Below the pieces are notes generated by a model. The model worked only from the letters and a program-made list of their open reading frames with translations, was not told the DNA's origin and searched no databases. A program made the position numbers and the translations under genes. From Candidatus Parcubacteria bacterium (GTDB lineage: Bacteria > Patescibacteriota > Minisyncoccia > Phycocordibacterales > JAKFXT01): a DNA stretch of 64,000 nucleotides. The stretch spans positions 190,456 through 254,455 of the forward strand of contig JAIOOV010000004.1 of NCBI GenBank assembly GCA_021414235.1, read 5' to 3'. Below are positions 63,280 through 64,000 of this stretch, piece by piece. The stretch's first letter is position 1; each line of letters opens with the position of its first letter.

Positions 63280-63546
63280 GTGTCAGGCTCTCAAACTACA
63301 GCGATCAATAGCTTAATAGGGAAGTTCGCTACGGCGATCATTAACCCGCTTCTCCTATTGATGTTCGCCGCGGCCTTCTTGTACTTCGTTTACGGCATCT
63401 TCCAGTTCGTGCGGAATCCTGAGGATAGCGGCGCGCGTTCGAAAGGGCTTCAGCATATGTTCTATGGGCTCATCGGCTTGCTTCTGATGGTCTCTGCTGG
63501 GGCGATCTTCAACATCGTAAAATCGACGGTGAATTCGCTGAGGTAA
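63280..63546 (+). CDS. VirB2/TrbC-like two-helix pilin paralog 4 (C-terminus …NSLR, GTG start, no cleavable signal)
   Basis: Helix 1 ATAIINPLLLLMFAAAFLYFVYGIF. Turn RNPEDSGARSKG. Helix 2 MFYGLIGLLLMVSAGAIFNIV. Ends VNSLR like paralog 1. Confidence 0.5.
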   Translation: MSGSQTTAINSLIGKFATAIINPLLLLMFAAAFLYFVYGIFQFVRNPEDSGARSKGLQHMFYGLIGLLLMVSAGAIFNIVKSTVNSLR

Positions 63547-63568
63547 GGGTCGAGAAGCGAATAGAAGC

Positions 63569-63599
63569 AAAAAGCGCCCGCTTGCTGCGGGCGCTTTTT
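63569..63599 (+). terminator. Rho-independent terminator after pilin array
   Basis: aaaagcgcccgc-ttgct-gcgggcgctttt. Confidence 0.6.
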
Positions 63600-63640
63600 G
63601 CTAAACTCTCCTTCGGCGTATTTACTAGCACCTTCTCGTG

Positions 63641-63713
63641 TCCGCCCAGAAGGACTCGAACCTTCGACCAATTGCTTAAGAGGCAACTGCTCTACCAACT
63701 GAGCTATGGGCGG
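63641..63713 (-). tRNA. tRNA-Lys (anticodon CUU)
   Basis: Reverse complement: ccgccca-ta-gctcagttggtagagc-a-gttgc-ctCTTaa-gcaat-tggtc-gaagg-ttcgagt-ccttc-tgggcgg-a. Confidence 0.8.
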
Positions 63714-63767
63714 ATGAACTCCGTTAAATTACCAGATTATTCGCTTTCAGGGAATACCTTCTGACTA

Positions 63768-63850
63768 GTAGGCCGGGTGGGGGTCGAACCCACATCCGCT
63801 AATGCGGACAACATTTTAAGTGTTGCGCGTATACCATTCCGCCACCGGCC
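63768..63850 (-). tRNA. tRNA-Leu (anticodon UAA), class II
   Basis: Reverse complement: gggccgg-tg-gcg-gaatggtata-cgc-g-caaca-ctTAAaa-tgttg-(tccgcattagcggat)-gtggg-ttcgacc-cccac-ccggcct. Confidence 0.75.
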
Positions 63851-63902
63851 CGCAAACTGCTCTATCTAACCCGCTCTTTTGAGCGAGCAAAAATCCGGGC
63901 GA

Positions 63903-63974
63903 TTTTTGCTAGAGGCGTAGGGCGGAATCGAACCGCCGTATAAGAGTTTTGCAGACTCTCGCCTTACCACTTGG
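63903..63974 (-). tRNA. tRNA-Cys (anticodon GCA)
   Basis: Reverse complement: ggcgtag-ta-gcc-aagtggtaa-ggc-g-agagt-ctGCAaa-actct-tatac-ggcgg-ttcgatt-ccgcc-ctacgcc-t. Confidence 0.8.
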
Positions 63975-64000
63975 CTACTACGCCTTACCTTTCTCCTGAA

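Noticed and set aside
1-64000. rRNA genes, CRISPR arrays, transposases, integrases, phage structural genes, restriction-modification or toxin-antitoxin modules
   Set aside because: None recognised by motif inspection on either strand. The GIY-YIG gene (8613-8861) is a stand-alone UPF0213-type domain without partner genes.

Overview
This 64-kb window looks chromosomal, from a moderately GC-rich (about 55-60% by eye) bacterium with short intergenic spacers and many membrane-anchored or secreted proteins. Surface proteins are anchored by peptidoglycan-binding modules or TM helices, with no outer-membrane signatures, suggesting a small-genome Gram-positive-type cell such as a Patescibacteria/CPR-like organism (inference only). 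The backbone genes are rarA, murJ, lepA, valS, tsaD, trxB, ftsZ, ftsA, ybeY, rpsU, hisS, lepB, pth, rpsA, gyrA, an ABC-F ATPase, cspA-like, hsp20, the RNase P RNA and nine tRNAs (Gly-CCC, Arg-CCU, Phe-GAA, Ser-CGA, Glu-UUC, Val-GAC, Lys-CUU, Leu-UAA, Cys-GCA). Several accessory loci are interspersed among them. (1) Surface-protein locus at 17.4-24.0 kb. It holds two diverged paralogous giant Ig-repeat proteins with poly-Gly linkers whose C-terminal anchoring modules differ (dockerin-like vs peptidoglycan-binding). A membrane-anchored cohesin-like protein is translationally coupled (ATGA overlap) to the dockerin-bearing protein, followed by an orphan CheY-like receiver and a CAP-domain protein. 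(2) A tandem array of four small two-helix VirB2/TrbC-like pilin paralogs at 62.0-63.5 kb, preceded by a membrane-anchored MalE-like solute-binding protein and abutting a tRNA Lys-Leu-Cys cluster. (3) A compositionally foreign GC-rich (~65-70%) ~1.6-kb island at 54.85-56.46 kb between rpsA and an MBL hydrolase, with small secreted/basic ORFs on the minus strand and ambiguous overlapping reading frames. (4) A promoter-to-terminator unit of ~230 nt with a terminal closing helix and no ORF between the Kazal-like gene and tsaD (candidate structured ncRNA). (5) A perfect 9-3-9 palindromic operator-like site upstream of a GC-rich hypothetical gene. Many rho-independent terminators are visible, and several genes appear leaderless. 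I found no CRISPR array, transposase, integrase or rRNA.
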